64,000 nt of DNA from assembly GCA_035569495.1 (NCBI GenBank), contig DATMMX010000012.1:176602-240601 (forward strand), in the 5' to 3' direction. The position numbers and the translations under genes are program-made. Numbering within the stretch: position 1 is the stretch's first letter; the number at the start of each line of letters is the position of its first letter. The notes below the pieces were generated by a model. The model had not been told where the DNA came from, did not search any database, and saw only the letters and a program-made list of their open reading frames with translations. Below are positions 27,421-36,774 of this stretch, in pieces. This DNA comes from Candidatus Angelobacter sp. Lineage in GTDB: Bacteria; Chloroflexota; Dormibacteria; Aeolococcales; Aeolococcaceae.

Positions 27421-30400
27421 TCAGAAGCCAGGGGCGCCGCACTGGCCGGCCCGCGCACCGCTCACGGTGTTGGGCGCGCCGTCGTTGATCGGCGCCGGCG
27501 CGTTGCCGCTGCAGCTCAGGCTGCCCTTGATGCTGTTGTGCTCGATCTCCGGCGCGCCGTTCTCCGCGTCGACGGCGCTGCCGGCGAGCACGTTGTTGTT
27601 GACGGTCACCGCGCCCTTGATCGACGGGTTGCCGCCGACCTCGAGACCGCCGGTGTTGCCGTTCAGGGTCACTCCGCCGTTGATGCTGTTGCCCGCGCAG
27701 GGCATCGCGGTGTCGTCACCGTTGCTGCCGATCAGCACGAAGCCGGTGCTGTTGCTCACCTGCATCGAGCTGCCGACGCTGCTGAGGCAGACGGTGAGCA
27801 GGTGCGCGCCGTTGGAGGTGAGGCCGCTGCCGATCGTCGAGTTGACGATCGACACCGACGCGCCACCGCTGACGCTCACGCCGCCGCTGATGCGGGCGCC
27901 GTTGATGCAGGCCGAGCCGCCGCTGATGGTCAGGCTACCGGCGATGCGGGTGTTGTAGACGACCGCGCAGCCGGTGTTGACATCGATCGAGCCGGTGCTG
28001 GGCTGGAAGGTGTTGGTCTGGCCGCTGTAGGCGGCGCTGATGGTGTGCGCACCCTGCTGCAGGCTGCTGGTCGTCCACTGCGCCTGTCCGTTGACCAGGG
28101 TCACCACCGCGGTGTTGGTGCCGTCGACCGCGAAGGTCACCGTGCCCGCGGGCGTCCCGCTCGACGGCGGCTGCGGCGCCACCGTTGCGGTGAAGGTGTC
28201 GGGCGAGCCGAAGGTGGGCGAGGTGGTGCTCGCCGTCACCGTGGTCGTGGTCGGCGCCGGGCCGACCTGCAGGGTGAACGCCTGGGTGCCGTCGCTGCCC
28301 ACGCCGTTGTGGGCGGTGAAGGTGATGTGGTACGTGCCGGCCGTGCCCGTGGCGGGCGTGCCAGCCAGCGTGCCGGTGCCGTCGTGGTTGTCGGTGAAGG
28401 TGACGCCGCTGGGCAGCGCACCGCTCTCACCCAGGCTCGGGATCGGGTAGCCACGGGTGGTGACGGTGAAGGTGCCCGATGCGCCGACCTGGAACTGCGT
28501 GTGGTCTGCCGAGGTGATCGCGGCAGCCTCGTTGACGGTGAGCGTGAAGCTCTGCGTCGCGTCGCCGCCGACGCCGTTGTGCGCCTTGAAGCTGATGTGG
28601 TACACGCCGCCGGTGCCGGTCGCGGGGTTGCCGCTCAGCGTGCCGGTGCCGTTGCCGTTGTCAGTGAAGCTCACGCCGCTGGGCAGCGTGCCCGTCTCGG
28701 TGAGGCTCGGCGCCGGGAACCCGGATGTGGTGACGGCGAAGCTGTTCGCCGAGCCGGCGGTGAACGTCGTGTTGTTGGCGCTGGTGATCGCGGCGGGCTG
28801 GTCGACGGTCAGCGTGAAGGACTGCGTCCCGTCAGTACCGACGCCGTTGTGCGCCGTCAGCGTGATCGGGTAGGTGCCGCCGATGCCGGCGTTGGGCGTG
28901 CCGCTGATCTTGGCGGTGCCGTCGCCGTTGTCGGTCAGGGTCACGCCGCCCGGCAGCGCGCCGCTCTCGCCGATCGACGGATGCGGGTAGCCGCGCGTGG
29001 TGATCGGGAAGTTGCCCGCCTGTCCGGTGGTGAAGGTGGTGTGGTTGGCGCTGGTGAACGCGGATGCCTCGTCCACGGTCAGCGTGAAGCTCTGCGTGCC
29101 GTCACTGCCGACGCCGTTGTGCGCGGTGATGGTGATCGGGTAGACGCCGCCCGTGCCGGTCGCGGGCGTGCCGCTCAGGGTGGCGGTGCCGTCGTGGTTG
29201 TCGGCGAAGGTGACACCGCTCGGCAGCGTGCCGGTCTCGCCGAGCGACGGCGCCGGGTAGCCGCGCGTGGTGACGCCGAAGCTGCCCGAGGCGCCCACGG
29301 TGAAGGTGGTGTTGTTGGCGCTGGTGACGGCCGCGGCTTCATTGATGGTCAGGGTGAAGCTCTGCGTCGCGTCAGGGCCGCTGGTGTTGTGGGCCTTGAA
29401 GCTGATCGGGTAGACGCCGCCGGTGCCCGTCGCGGGCGTGCCGCTCAGGGTGGCGGTGCCGTCGCCGTTGTCGAGGAAGCTCACGCCACTGGGCAGCGTG
29501 CCCGTCTCGGTGATCGCCGGGTGCGGGAATCCACGCGTGGTGACGGTGAAGGTGCCCGCGCTGCCCGCGGTGAAGGTGGTGCTGCTGGCGCTGGTGATCG
29601 CCGGCGCCTCGTTCACCGTCAGGGTGAAGCTCTGCGTGCCGTCACCACCGATGCCGTTGTGGGCGGTGATGGTGAAGGTGTAGACGCCGCCGGTGCCGGT
29701 CGCCGGGGTGCCGGCCAGGGTCGCGGTGCCGTCGCCGTTGTCGGTGAAGCTGACCCCGGTGGGAAGGGTGGCGCCGCCGTCGCTGAGCGACGGATGCGGG
29801 TAGCCGCGCGTGGTGACGCCGAAGCTGCCGGCGGTGCCAACGGCGAAGGTGGTGCTGTTGGCGCTGGTGACGGCGGCCGCCTCGTTGACGGTGAGGGTGA
29901 AGATCTGCGGTGCGGGGCTGCCCACGCCGTTGCTGGCTGTGAAGCTGATCGGGTAGACGCCACCGGTGCCGGTCGCCGGTGTGCCGCTCAGCGTGCCGGT
30001 GCCGTCGTTGTTGTCGGTGAAGGTGACGCCGGTCGGCAGGGTCCCGCTCTCACCGAGCCCCGGCTTCGGGTAGCCGCCCGTGGTGACCGTGAACGTGCCC
30101 GCGCTGCCCACGGTGAAGGTGGTGTTGTTGGCGCTGGTGATCGACGGCGCCTCATCCACCGTGAGGGTGAACGCCTGGGTCGCGTCACTGCCGACACCGT
30201 TGTGCGCCCTGATGGTGATGGGGTACACGCCGCCGGTGCCGCCCGCGGGAGTTCCGCTCAGGGTGGCGGTGCCGTTGTGGTTGTCGACCAGGGTGACGCC
30301 GCTCGGCAACGCTCCCGTCTCACTGATTGCCGCGGGCGGGAAGCCGCTGGTGGTGACGTCGAAGCTGCCCAGCGTGCCCACCGTGAATGTGGTGTTGTTG

Positions 30401-33400
30401 GCGCTGGTGATCCCGGCGGCCTCGTCGACGGTGAGCACCAGGGTCTGGGTCGCGTTGGGGCTCACCCCGTTGTTGGCGGTGAGGTGGATGTTGTAGGTGC
30501 CGCCCGTGCCCGTCCCCGGTGTGCCGCTGATGGTCGCGGTGCCGTCGTTGTTGTCGAGGAAGGTCAGGCCGGTGGGCATGGTGTCGGGCTCGGTGATCGC
30601 GGCGTGCGGGAAGCCCGTGGTGGTGACGTTGAAGCTGCCTGCGGTGCCGACGGTGAATGTCGCCGTGCTGGCACTGGTGATTGCGGGCGCCTGGTCGATG
30701 GTCAGCGTGAACGGCTGGGTTGCGTCGCTGCCCACGCCGTTGGCGGCCTTGAAGCTGATGTGGTAGACGCCGCCGGTGCCCGCGCCCGGTGTGCCGCTCA
30801 GCGTGCCCGTACCGTTGGCGTTGTCGGCAAAGGTCACGCCACTCGGCAGCGCGCCACTCTCGGTGAGCGCGGGTGTCGGTGTGCCGGTGCTGGTCACCGT
30901 GAAGGTGCCCGCGGCGCCGACCGTGAACGTCGTGTTGTTGGCGCTGGTGATCGCGGGTGCCGCGTTGACCTGCAGGGTGAAGCTCTGCACGTCGTCAGGC
31001 GTCTGGCTGTTGTGCGCCGTGATCGACAGCGGGTAGGTGCCCGCCGTGCCCGCCGCGGGTGTGCCCGCGAGGGTTGCGGTGCCGTCGTTGTTGTTGGTGA
31101 GGGTGACACCGCTCGGCAGCGAGCCGGTCTCGCTGATGGTCATGGGCGTCGAGCCGGTGGCGGTGACCGTGAAGGTGCCCGCGCTGCCGACCACGAAGGT
31201 TGTGTGGTTGGCGCTGGTGATGTGCGGCGCGCCGGCAACTGTCAGCGTGAAGTTCTGCGACGCGGCGGGGGCCACGCCGTTGTTGGCACCGAAGGTGATC
31301 GGGTAGCTGCCCGCGGTGGTCGACCCGGGGTTCCCGCTCAGCGTCCCGGTGCCGTTGCCGTTGTCGGTGAAGGTCACGCCGGTGGGCAGCGTGCCCGTCT
31401 CGGTGATCACCATCGACGCTCCGCTCGGGAAGCCGCTGGTGGTGACGCTGAAGGTGTTCGGCGTGCCGATGTTGAAGGTGGTGGCGTTGGCGCTGGCGAT
31501 CGCGGGAGCCTGGTTGACGGTGAGCGTGAAGCTCTGCGTCCCGGGCGAGCCGATGCCGTTGGTCGCGGTGATGGTGAAGGGATACGTTCCGCCGGTGCCC
31601 GCGGCCGGTGTGCCGGCCAGGGTGGCGGTGCCGTCACCGTTGTCGTGGAAGGTCACGCCACTGGGCAGCGTGGCAGCGCCGTCGCTGAGTGTCGGCGTCG
31701 GCACACCGCTGGTGGTCACGGTGAAGGTGCCGGGCGCGCCCACGGTGAACGTCGTGCTGTTGGCGCTGGTCACCGCCGCCGCCTGGTCGACGGTGAGGGT
31801 GAAGCCCTGGGTCGCGTTGGAGCCGACGCCGTTGGACGCGGTGATGGTGAAGGGATACGTCCCGCCCTGGCCCGCGCCCGGTGTGCCGGCGAGGGTGGCG
31901 GTGCCGTCGCCGTTGTCGTGGAAGGTCACGCCGGTGGGCAGGGTGGCGCCGCCGTCACTGAGACTCGGCGCGGGGACGCCGGTGGTGCGCACCGTGAACG
32001 TGCCCGGGCTGCCCACCGTGAAGGTGGTGGCATTGGCGCTGGTGATCGCCGGCGGCTGGTCGACGGTCAGGGTGAAGCTCTGCGTCCCCTGGCTGCCGAG
32101 GCTGTTGTTCGCGGTGATGGTGAACGGATACGTCCCGCCCTGGCCTGCGGCCGGTGTGCCGGCGAGCGTTGCGGTGCCGTTGCCGTTGTCGACAAAGGTC
32201 ACGCCGGTGGGCAGGGTGGCGCCGCCGTCACTGAGGGTCGGCTTCGGGAAGCCGAGGGTGGTGACGCTGAAGGTGCCCGGCGTTCCCGTGGTGAACGTCG
32301 TGTTGTTGGCGCTGGTGACCGACACGGCCTCGTCGACGGTGAGCGTGAAGGGCTGCGTCGCGTCGGTGCCGATGCCGTTGTGCGCCGTGATGGTAAAGGG
32401 ATACGTTCCGCCCTGGCCGGAGCCGGGGTTGCCGCTCAGCGTGGCCGTGCCGTCGAGGTTGTCGACGAAGGTCACGCCGGTGGGCAGGGTTGCACCGCCG
32501 TCGCTCAGCGTCGAATGCGGGAAGCCACCGGTCAGCACCGAGAAGCTGCCCGGGGTGCCCACCGTGAAGACGGTGCCGTTGGCGCTGGTGATGCTCGCCG
32601 GCTCGTTGACGGTGAGCGTGAAGGCCTGCACCGAGTCGGAGCCGATGCCGTTGTGCGAGGTGAACTGCAGCGAGTATTGGCCGCCGGTGCCGGCATTGGG
32701 CGTGCCGCTGAGCACGTGCGTCGGCGCGTCGTAGGTGACGCCGCCGGGCAGCGAGCCCGAGGTCAGCGTGATGCTCGGCGCCGGGTAGCCGCGCGAGGTG
32801 ATCGTGAACGTGCCCGGGCTGCCGACGGTGAACGTCGTGTTGTTGGCGCTGGTGATGTGCGGCGCCTCGTTGACGGTGAGCGTGAAGCTCTGGGTGTCGT
32901 CAGGAGTCACGCCGTTGGTGGCGGTGATGGTGAAGGTGTAGACGCCGCCGGTCCCCGTCGCCGGGGTCCCGCTCAGCAACCCGCCGCTGCTCAGCGTGAC
33001 GCCGTTCGGCAGGGTGCCGGTCTCGCTGAACGTCGGCGCCGGGTAGCCGGCCGCGGTGACCTGGAAGCTGCCCGCGGAGCCCGCGACGAACGTCGCGTGG
33101 TTGGCGCTGGTGATGTGCGGGGGCTGATCGACAGTGATCGACGCGTTGACCGTCTGGCCGTCGATGGTGGTCGGCACGCCGTCCACGCCGCCGGTGGCGC
33201 CCGCGGTGTACGTCGTGCTCGTCGCGCCGCTCGACAGGGTGCCCGACGTCGAGTTCACCGTCCCCAGCGCTCCGTTGGCGAAGGTCACCGGGATGCCGTC
33301 AGGCAGGTGGTGCGACGGCGCAATGGTCGCACTGGTGTTGGTGTGGTCGAGGTCGGCGGTGATCGTCGAGGTCTGGTTGACCAGGATGGTGCTCGGCGAC

Positions 33401-34794
33401 GCGGTGCTGGTGAGGATCTGCCAGGGGCTGACCGTGATGTTGCTGGACGCAGCGGTGGTTGGGCCCGCGTTGACGCCCCACCAGTCGTTGGTGGCGTTCG
33501 CCGAGCCGGGGCCGCTGGGGACGAAGTAGGCCTGGTTGGCGGTCGTCGCCGTGTTGTTGTACAGACGGCTGTAGTGCATCGTCAGCACGCCGGCCTGGTC
33601 GTTGAAGATGGCCCCGCCGTGGCCGGCGTTGGTGCCGCTGCCGGTCGCGGAGTTGCCGGTGAACGTCGAGCCGGTGACGGTGATCGTGCCGGCGTTGGCG
33701 AGCGCACCTCCGTCGGAGTTGGTGGCGGTGTTGCCGGTGAACGTGTCGCTGGTCACCGTCATCGTGCCACCGGTGTTCTTCACGGCACCGCCGCGGCCGC
33801 CGGTGTTGCCGGTGAACGACGAGGTGCTGATGCTGAGCGAGCCCGCGCCGCCCTGCTCCACGGCGCCGCCGCTGGCGGTCGTCGAGTTGGTGCCGAAGCT
33901 CGACCCGGTGATGCTTGCGGCAGGGGAAGTGGCGGTTCCGGCGAACTTGACCGCCCCACCGCCGCCCGCGGCGCTGTTGCCGGTGAAAGTCGAGCTGCTG
34001 ACCGACAGGGTCGGCGAGCCGCCACCCAGCGTCTCCTGGTCGATGGCACCGCCCACCGAGGCGCCGGCGGAGTTGTTGGTGAACGTCGAGCCGCTCACTG
34101 TCACGGCGCCGTACACCTGGCTGATGGCCCCACCCGGCGTGGTGGTGGCCGGGCCGTAGATGACGTTGTCGCTGAAGGTGGAGTTGGTGATCGTGGTGTT
34201 GTCGGGCGTGTGCACCGAGTCGAGCACGCCGCTGATCAGCCCGGCGCCGCCGAACTGCGCGGTCCGGCCGCCCGAGACGGTGACCCCCGTGAGGGTGATG
34301 TTCGTCCCGCCGTTGGTGGCGGGGTCGATGTTGAAGACGCGGAAGCAGGTCGACGTCGCCGACGAGGTGCACGTGGGCGGCTGCAACGCGTGGATGGTCG
34401 TGCTCGCCATGCCCGCACCGTTGATGGTCAGCGACTGGCCGCCGCTGGGTGCGACCTGAAGCTCGCCGAGGGTGAGGTTGTAGGTGCCCGACGGCACGGT
34501 GATGGTGTTGGTGCCACCCGCGTTGTTGCTCGCCTCGATGGCCGCCCGCAGGCTGCAGGTTCCCGCCGTGTTGCAGGTGGTGCTGTTGCTCGGCGTGACG
34601 TGGAGATCGAGAGTGGTGTCGACCGTGAAGTTGGTCGCGTTGGCAACCAGGGTGTGGGAGAGCACACCGAAGAGACCTCCGCCGAGAGCGAGGCCGGACG
34701 CGGCGACCATTGCCAGGCGGCGTGGCTGCAACCACCGCCCGACGCGTCCCGGCCGCGAGCGACCGGACTGAGCCGTCGTGCTTCTGTGCTTCAT
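27421..34794 (-). CDS. Giant (2457-aa) secreted adhesin-like protein: CSLREA/beta-helix N-terminus, about 18-20 tandem Ig-like domains (PF05345-like), Big_3-like domain, C-terminal Gly/Asn/Ser-rich region
   Basis: Strong RBS GGGAGGAGAG before the ATG at 34794. Signal peptide present. CSLRAAIEASN motif. Repeated TFT/SFT-GN-S beta-helix rungs. Then 88-aa units ...ITSANNTTFTVGSAGTFTVTTGGYP.P.L.ESGTLPSGVTF.DNGDGTATLSGTPA.GTGGVY..TITA.NGVGSD.TQSFTLTV... repeat about 18-20 times. Confidence 0.85.
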   Translation of the reverse strand: MKHRSTTAQSGRSRPGRVGRWLQPRRLAMVAASGLALGGGLFGVLSHTLVANATNFTVDTTLDLHVTPSNSTTCNTAGTCSLRAAIEASNNAGGTNTITVPSGTYNLTLGELQVAPSGGQSLTINGAGMASTTIHALQPPTCTSSATSTCFRVFNIDPATNGGTNITLTGVTVSGGRTAQFGGAGLISGVLDSVHTPDNTTITNSTFSDNVIYGPATTTPGGAISQVYGAVTVSGSTFTNNSAGASVGGAIDQETLGGGSPTLSVSSSTFTGNSAAGGGGAVKFAGTATSPAASITGSSFGTNSTTASGGAVEQGGAGSLSISTSSFTGNTGGRGGAVKNTGGTMTVTSDTFTGNTATNSDGGALANAGTITVTGSTFTGNSATGSGTNAGHGGAIFNDQAGVLTMHYSRLYNNTATTANQAYFVPSGPGSANATNDWWGVNAGPTTAASSNITVSPWQILTSTASPSTILVNQTSTITADLDHTNTSATIAPSHHLPDGIPVTFANGALGTVNSTSGTLSSGATSTTYTAGATGGVDGVPTTIDGQTVNASITVDQPPHITSANHATFVAGSAGSFQVTAAGYPAPTFSETGTLPNGVTLSSGGLLSGTPATGTGGVYTFTITATNGVTPDDTQSFTLTVNEAPHITSANNTTFTVGSPGTFTITSRGYPAPSITLTSGSLPGGVTYDAPTHVLSGTPNAGTGGQYSLQFTSHNGIGSDSVQAFTLTVNEPASITSANGTVFTVGTPGSFSVLTGGFPHSTLSDGGATLPTGVTFVDNLDGTATLSGNPGSGQGGTYPFTITAHNGIGTDATQPFTLTVDEAVSVTSANNTTFTTGTPGTFSVTTLGFPKPTLSDGGATLPTGVTFVDNGNGTATLAGTPAAGQGGTYPFTITANNSLGSQGTQSFTLTVDQPPAITSANATTFTVGSPGTFTVRTTGVPAPSLSDGGATLPTGVTFHDNGDGTATLAGTPGAGQGGTYPFTITASNGVGSNATQGFTLTVDQAAAVTSANSTTFTVGAPGTFTVTTSGVPTPTLSDGAATLPSGVTFHDNGDGTATLAGTPAAGTGGTYPFTITATNGIGSPGTQSFTLTVNQAPAIASANATTFNIGTPNTFSVTTSGFPSGASMVITETGTLPTGVTFTDNGNGTGTLSGNPGSTTAGSYPITFGANNGVAPAASQNFTLTVAGAPHITSANHTTFVVGSAGTFTVTATGSTPMTISETGSLPSGVTLTNNNDGTATLAGTPAAGTAGTYPLSITAHNSQTPDDVQSFTLQVNAAPAITSANNTTFTVGAAGTFTVTSTGTPTPALTESGALPSGVTFADNANGTGTLSGTPGAGTGGVYHISFKAANGVGSDATQPFTLTIDQAPAITSASTATFTVGTAGSFNVTTTGFPHAAITEPDTMPTGLTFLDNNDGTATISGTPGTGTGGTYNIHLTANNGVSPNATQTLVLTVDEAAGITSANNTTFTVGTLGSFDVTTSGFPPAAISETGALPSGVTLVDNHNGTATLSGTPAGGTGGVYPITIRAHNGVGSDATQAFTLTVDEAPSITSANNTTFTVGSAGTFTVTTGGYPKPGLGESGTLPTGVTFTDNNDGTGTLSGTPATGTGGVYPISFTASNGVGSPAPQIFTLTVNEAAAVTSANSTTFAVGTAGSFGVTTRGYPHPSLSDGGATLPTGVSFTDNGDGTATLAGTPATGTGGVYTFTITAHNGIGGDGTQSFTLTVNEAPAITSASSTTFTAGSAGTFTVTTRGFPHPAITETGTLPSGVSFLDNGDGTATLSGTPATGTGGVYPISFKAHNTSGPDATQSFTLTINEAAAVTSANNTTFTVGASGSFGVTTRGYPAPSLGETGTLPSGVTFADNHDGTATLSGTPATGTGGVYPITITAHNGVGSDGTQSFTLTVDEASAFTSANHTTFTTGQAGNFPITTRGYPHPSIGESGALPGGVTLTDNGDGTAKISGTPNAGIGGTYPITLTAHNGVGTDGTQSFTLTVDQPAAITSANNTTFTAGSANSFAVTTSGFPAPSLTETGTLPSGVSFTDNGNGTGTLSGNPATGTGGVYHISFKAHNGVGGDATQSFTLTVNEAAAITSADHTQFQVGASGTFTVTTRGYPIPSLGESGALPSGVTFTDNHDGTGTLAGTPATGTAGTYHITFTAHNGVGSDGTQAFTLQVGPAPTTTTVTASTTSPTFGSPDTFTATVAPQPPSSGTPAGTVTFAVDGTNTAVVTLVNGQAQWTTSSLQQGAHTISAAYSGQTNTFQPSTGSIDVNTGCAVVYNTRIAGSLTISGGSACINGARISGGVSVSGGASVSIVNSTIGSGLTSNGAHLLTVCLSSVGSSMQVSNSTGFVLIGSNGDDTAMPCAGNSINGGVTLNGNTGGLEVGGNPSIKGAVTVNNNVLAGSAVDAENGAPEIEHNSIKGSLSCSGNAPAPINDGAPNTVSGARAGQCGAPGF
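28242..33117. repeat. Degenerate tandem repeat, 264-bp unit (Ig-like domain array) inside the giant gene
   Basis: An 88-aa periodicity is visible in the protein and as periodic antisense ORFs (28040.., 28457.., 29423.., 30080.. and others). Confidence 0.7.
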
Positions 34795-34870
34795 GGCCTG
34801 TGCTCTCCTCCCGCGCTGGCGGTGTGTCCCGTCGCCGCCTGGCGTGGCGAAACCGAATGCGAACCGGGGT

Positions 34871-35398
34871 TTAGGATCTGGCTGGGAAGATGCCCTGCAG
34901 GGCGATGCAGAAACTCAACGTGAGGTAGGGCATCATGTTGTTGTGCGGCAGGCTGGCGCCCGTGATGGACAGGGCAGCTGGGTTCATCTGAACATTGGCG
35001 GGTGTGGTGTAGAGCTTCTGCTGGCCGCGCTGGAATGGCGACGTCGACCACACCTGCCCCGCCGGGCTGTTGCTCGTACCCGTCGCGTTGTTTGCCTGGG
35101 CGTTGTGGCTGTGCGCGGCCATCTCGCTCTGCAGCAGCGTCACGGTCTGCTCCCCGCCGACCTCGCCGAGATCACGCAGGCTCAGGCCGTTACCCTGGCC
35201 GAAGTTCATCGGCGCCGAGCCCTGCAGGTTGGGCAATGCGAAATTGCTCTTCCCGTCGCCGCCGTACGTCGTGCCGAGCAGGGAGAAGAGCGCGGTGTTC
35301 TGCGAGATGGGCATGAGCTGCCCATTGCACATCGCCCAGCCGGCGGGAGCGAAGTTGAAGCCGAAGATGCGAATCTCAGCGACGAATGGGTTGGCCAT
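34871..35398 (-). CDS. Phage tail-collar domain protein (MdpB / T4 gp12 collar-like), paralog 1
   Basis: 175 aa. RBS GGAGGT. Sequence MANPFVAEIRIFGFNFAPAGWAMCNGQLMPISQNTALFSLLGTTYGGDGKSNFALPNLQG matches the tail-collar fold signature (FAG.FAP.GW..C.G.LL.I..N.ALFSLLGTTYGGDG...FALPDLRGR). Confidence 0.8.
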   Translation of the reverse strand: MANPFVAEIRIFGFNFAPAGWAMCNGQLMPISQNTALFSLLGTTYGGDGKSNFALPNLQGSAPMNFGQGNGLSLRDLGEVGGEQTVTLLQSEMAAHSHNAQANNATGTSNSPAGQVWSTSPFQRGQQKLYTTPANVQMNPAALSITGASLPHNNMMPYLTLSFCIALQGIFPARS

Positions 35399-35415
35399 TT
35401 TCTACAGACCTCCGC

Positions 35416-35913
35416 TCAGTTCCGGCTCGGGAAGATGCCCTGGAGGGCGATGATGAAAGGCAGCACCAGGTACGGCGACATGTTCTCGTGAGGCTGGCTG
35501 CCACCGGCGTTGGCCACGGCTGCGGGCGCCATCGTCGTGTCCGGCGTGGCCGCGTACGCCGCGGAGAGCTGGGTGGCCCAGAAGTTCCCGTTGGGCGAGC
35601 CCTGGTCGGCCGCCTGCGAGCCGGCGTTGGGAACGTGATTGTGCGCCGGCATCTCTTGGATGGTCAGGGTGTGGGCGGCTTCACCGCCGGCTTGGCCCTG
35701 GACAAGCCCGTTGCCCATGTGGAAGGGGATCCGGCCGCGCAGGTCGGGTAGTGCGAAGTTGACCCGCCCATCGCCACCGTAGGTGGTCCCCAGGAGCGAG
35801 AAGAGGGCTTGGTTCTGGTTGATGGGCAACAGCCCTCCGTCGCAGAACGCCCATCCCTTGGGCGGGAAGTTGAAGCTGATGACCTTGATCTCGCCGAGGA
35901 ACGGTTCACTCAT
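35416..35913 (-). CDS. Phage tail-collar domain protein (MdpB-like), paralog 2
   Basis: Internal start MSEPFLGEIKVISFNFPPKGWAFCDGGLLPINQNQALFSLLGTTYGGDGRVNFALPDLRGRIPF. RBS GGAGAAG. The ORF to 36117 is an over-extension. Confidence 0.8.
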   Translation of the reverse strand: MSEPFLGEIKVISFNFPPKGWAFCDGGLLPINQNQALFSLLGTTYGGDGRVNFALPDLRGRIPFHMGNGLVQGQAGGEAAHTLTIQEMPAHNHVPNAGSQAADQGSPNGNFWATQLSAAYAATPDTTMAPAAVANAGGSQPHENMSPYLVLPFIIALQGIFPSRN

Positions 35914-35938
35914 TGCGCTGGCTTCTCCGGATTGCCGG

Positions 35939-36442
35939 TCACGTCGGCGACGGGAAAACGCCGAACAGCGACAGGATGAAGTTGATGACCCCGAAGGGCA
36001 CCATGTTGTCGTGCGGCTGGCTGTTGCCCGCTCCACCAAACGCGGTTGGCGCCATGACGGTGCCGTCGTTGGTCGCCGCGTACTCGGTGTAGGTCGGGCT
36101 GGCGGCCCAGAACCCATTGGTCGGACTGCTCGCGCCCTGGTTGTTGGTCGACGCGCTGGCCGTGTGGGGATGAACCGGAAGCTGCGAGGTGGTCAGCGTC
36201 ACCTGCTCCACGCCGCCCGTCTGGGCGATGGTGAAGCCGTTGCCCTGGTGCAGGGGGATGCGGCTGCGCAGGTCCGGCAGCGCAAAGGTGCTCTGGCCGT
36301 CGCCTCCGTAGGTGGTGCCGATCAGGTTGAACAGGGTCTCGTAGTTGGAGATCGCCAGGAGCGAGCCGTCACAGAAGGCCCAGCCCACGGGCGCGAAGTT
36401 GCCCGCGAACATGCGGATCTCGCCGACGTATGGCTGGCTCAT
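35939..36442 (-). CDS. Phage tail-collar domain protein (MdpB-like), paralog 3
   Basis: 167 aa. RBS GGAGGA. Sequence MSQPYVGEIRMFAGNFAPVGWAFCDGSLLAISNYETLFNLIGTTYGGDGQSTFALPDLRSRIPLH. Confidence 0.8.
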   Translation of the reverse strand: MSQPYVGEIRMFAGNFAPVGWAFCDGSLLAISNYETLFNLIGTTYGGDGQSTFALPDLRSRIPLHQGNGFTIAQTGGVEQVTLTTSQLPVHPHTASASTNNQGASSPTNGFWAASPTYTEYAATNDGTVMAPTAFGGAGNSQPHDNMVPFGVINFILSLFGVFPSPT

Positions 36443-36774
36443 CCGTCATCCTCCGAAGGCGCCTGGTCGGTGCGCCTGCTGAATACGGCTTCGAGCTGCA
36501 GCCCTGCGGCGTCGCGTCCGATGGGGACGAGGAAGAGTTGCAGCGCGCCGAGCACGGGGTGGTCCAGGTCGTAGGTACGCTGCACCGGCGGCGTCTCCAC
36601 GGGGAGCCGGAAGTGGAGCGCGAACTGCTCGGTTCCCGGGGAGGTGGGCCCATCGACCGTCTCGAAGAGCACAGCGGGGACGGTGACCACGTCGCTGACG
36701 TGGATGGTGAAGGTCGAGCCGACCTGCTCGACTAGGTCGGCCTTGGTGTGCAGCTTCTGCGTTGCGATGCTCAC
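36439..36774 (-). CDS. Small hypothetical protein co-transcribed with the tail-collar genes
   Basis: About 111 aa. Likely GTG start with a strong upstream AAGGAGGA. The stop overlaps the paralog-3 start by 4 nt, and the start overlaps the GNAT stop by 4 nt. No recognisable domain. Confidence 0.45.
   Translation of the reverse strand: MSIATQKLHTKADLVEQVGSTFTIHVSDVVTVPAVLFETVDGPTSPGTEQFALHFRLPVETPPVQRTYDLDHPVLGALQLFLVPIGRDAAGLQLEAVFSRRTDQAPSEDDG

Noticed and set aside
24925-33117. Possible CRISPR array suggested by regularly spaced repeats
   Set aside because: The repeats are 141 bp and 264 bp, in frame and protein-coding, with no short unique spacers and no cas genes. They are coding tandem domain repeats.
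26965-34923. 2652-aa ORF on the + strand with a repetitive Arg/Gly/Asp/Val-rich translation
   Set aside because: It is the exact antisense of the 2457-aa minus-strand adhesin gene. Its periodicity mirrors the Ig-repeat array on the other strand. It has no RBS or domain signature, whereas the minus-strand gene has a strong RBS, a signal peptide and recognisable domains. Long antisense ORFs are expected at about 72% GC.
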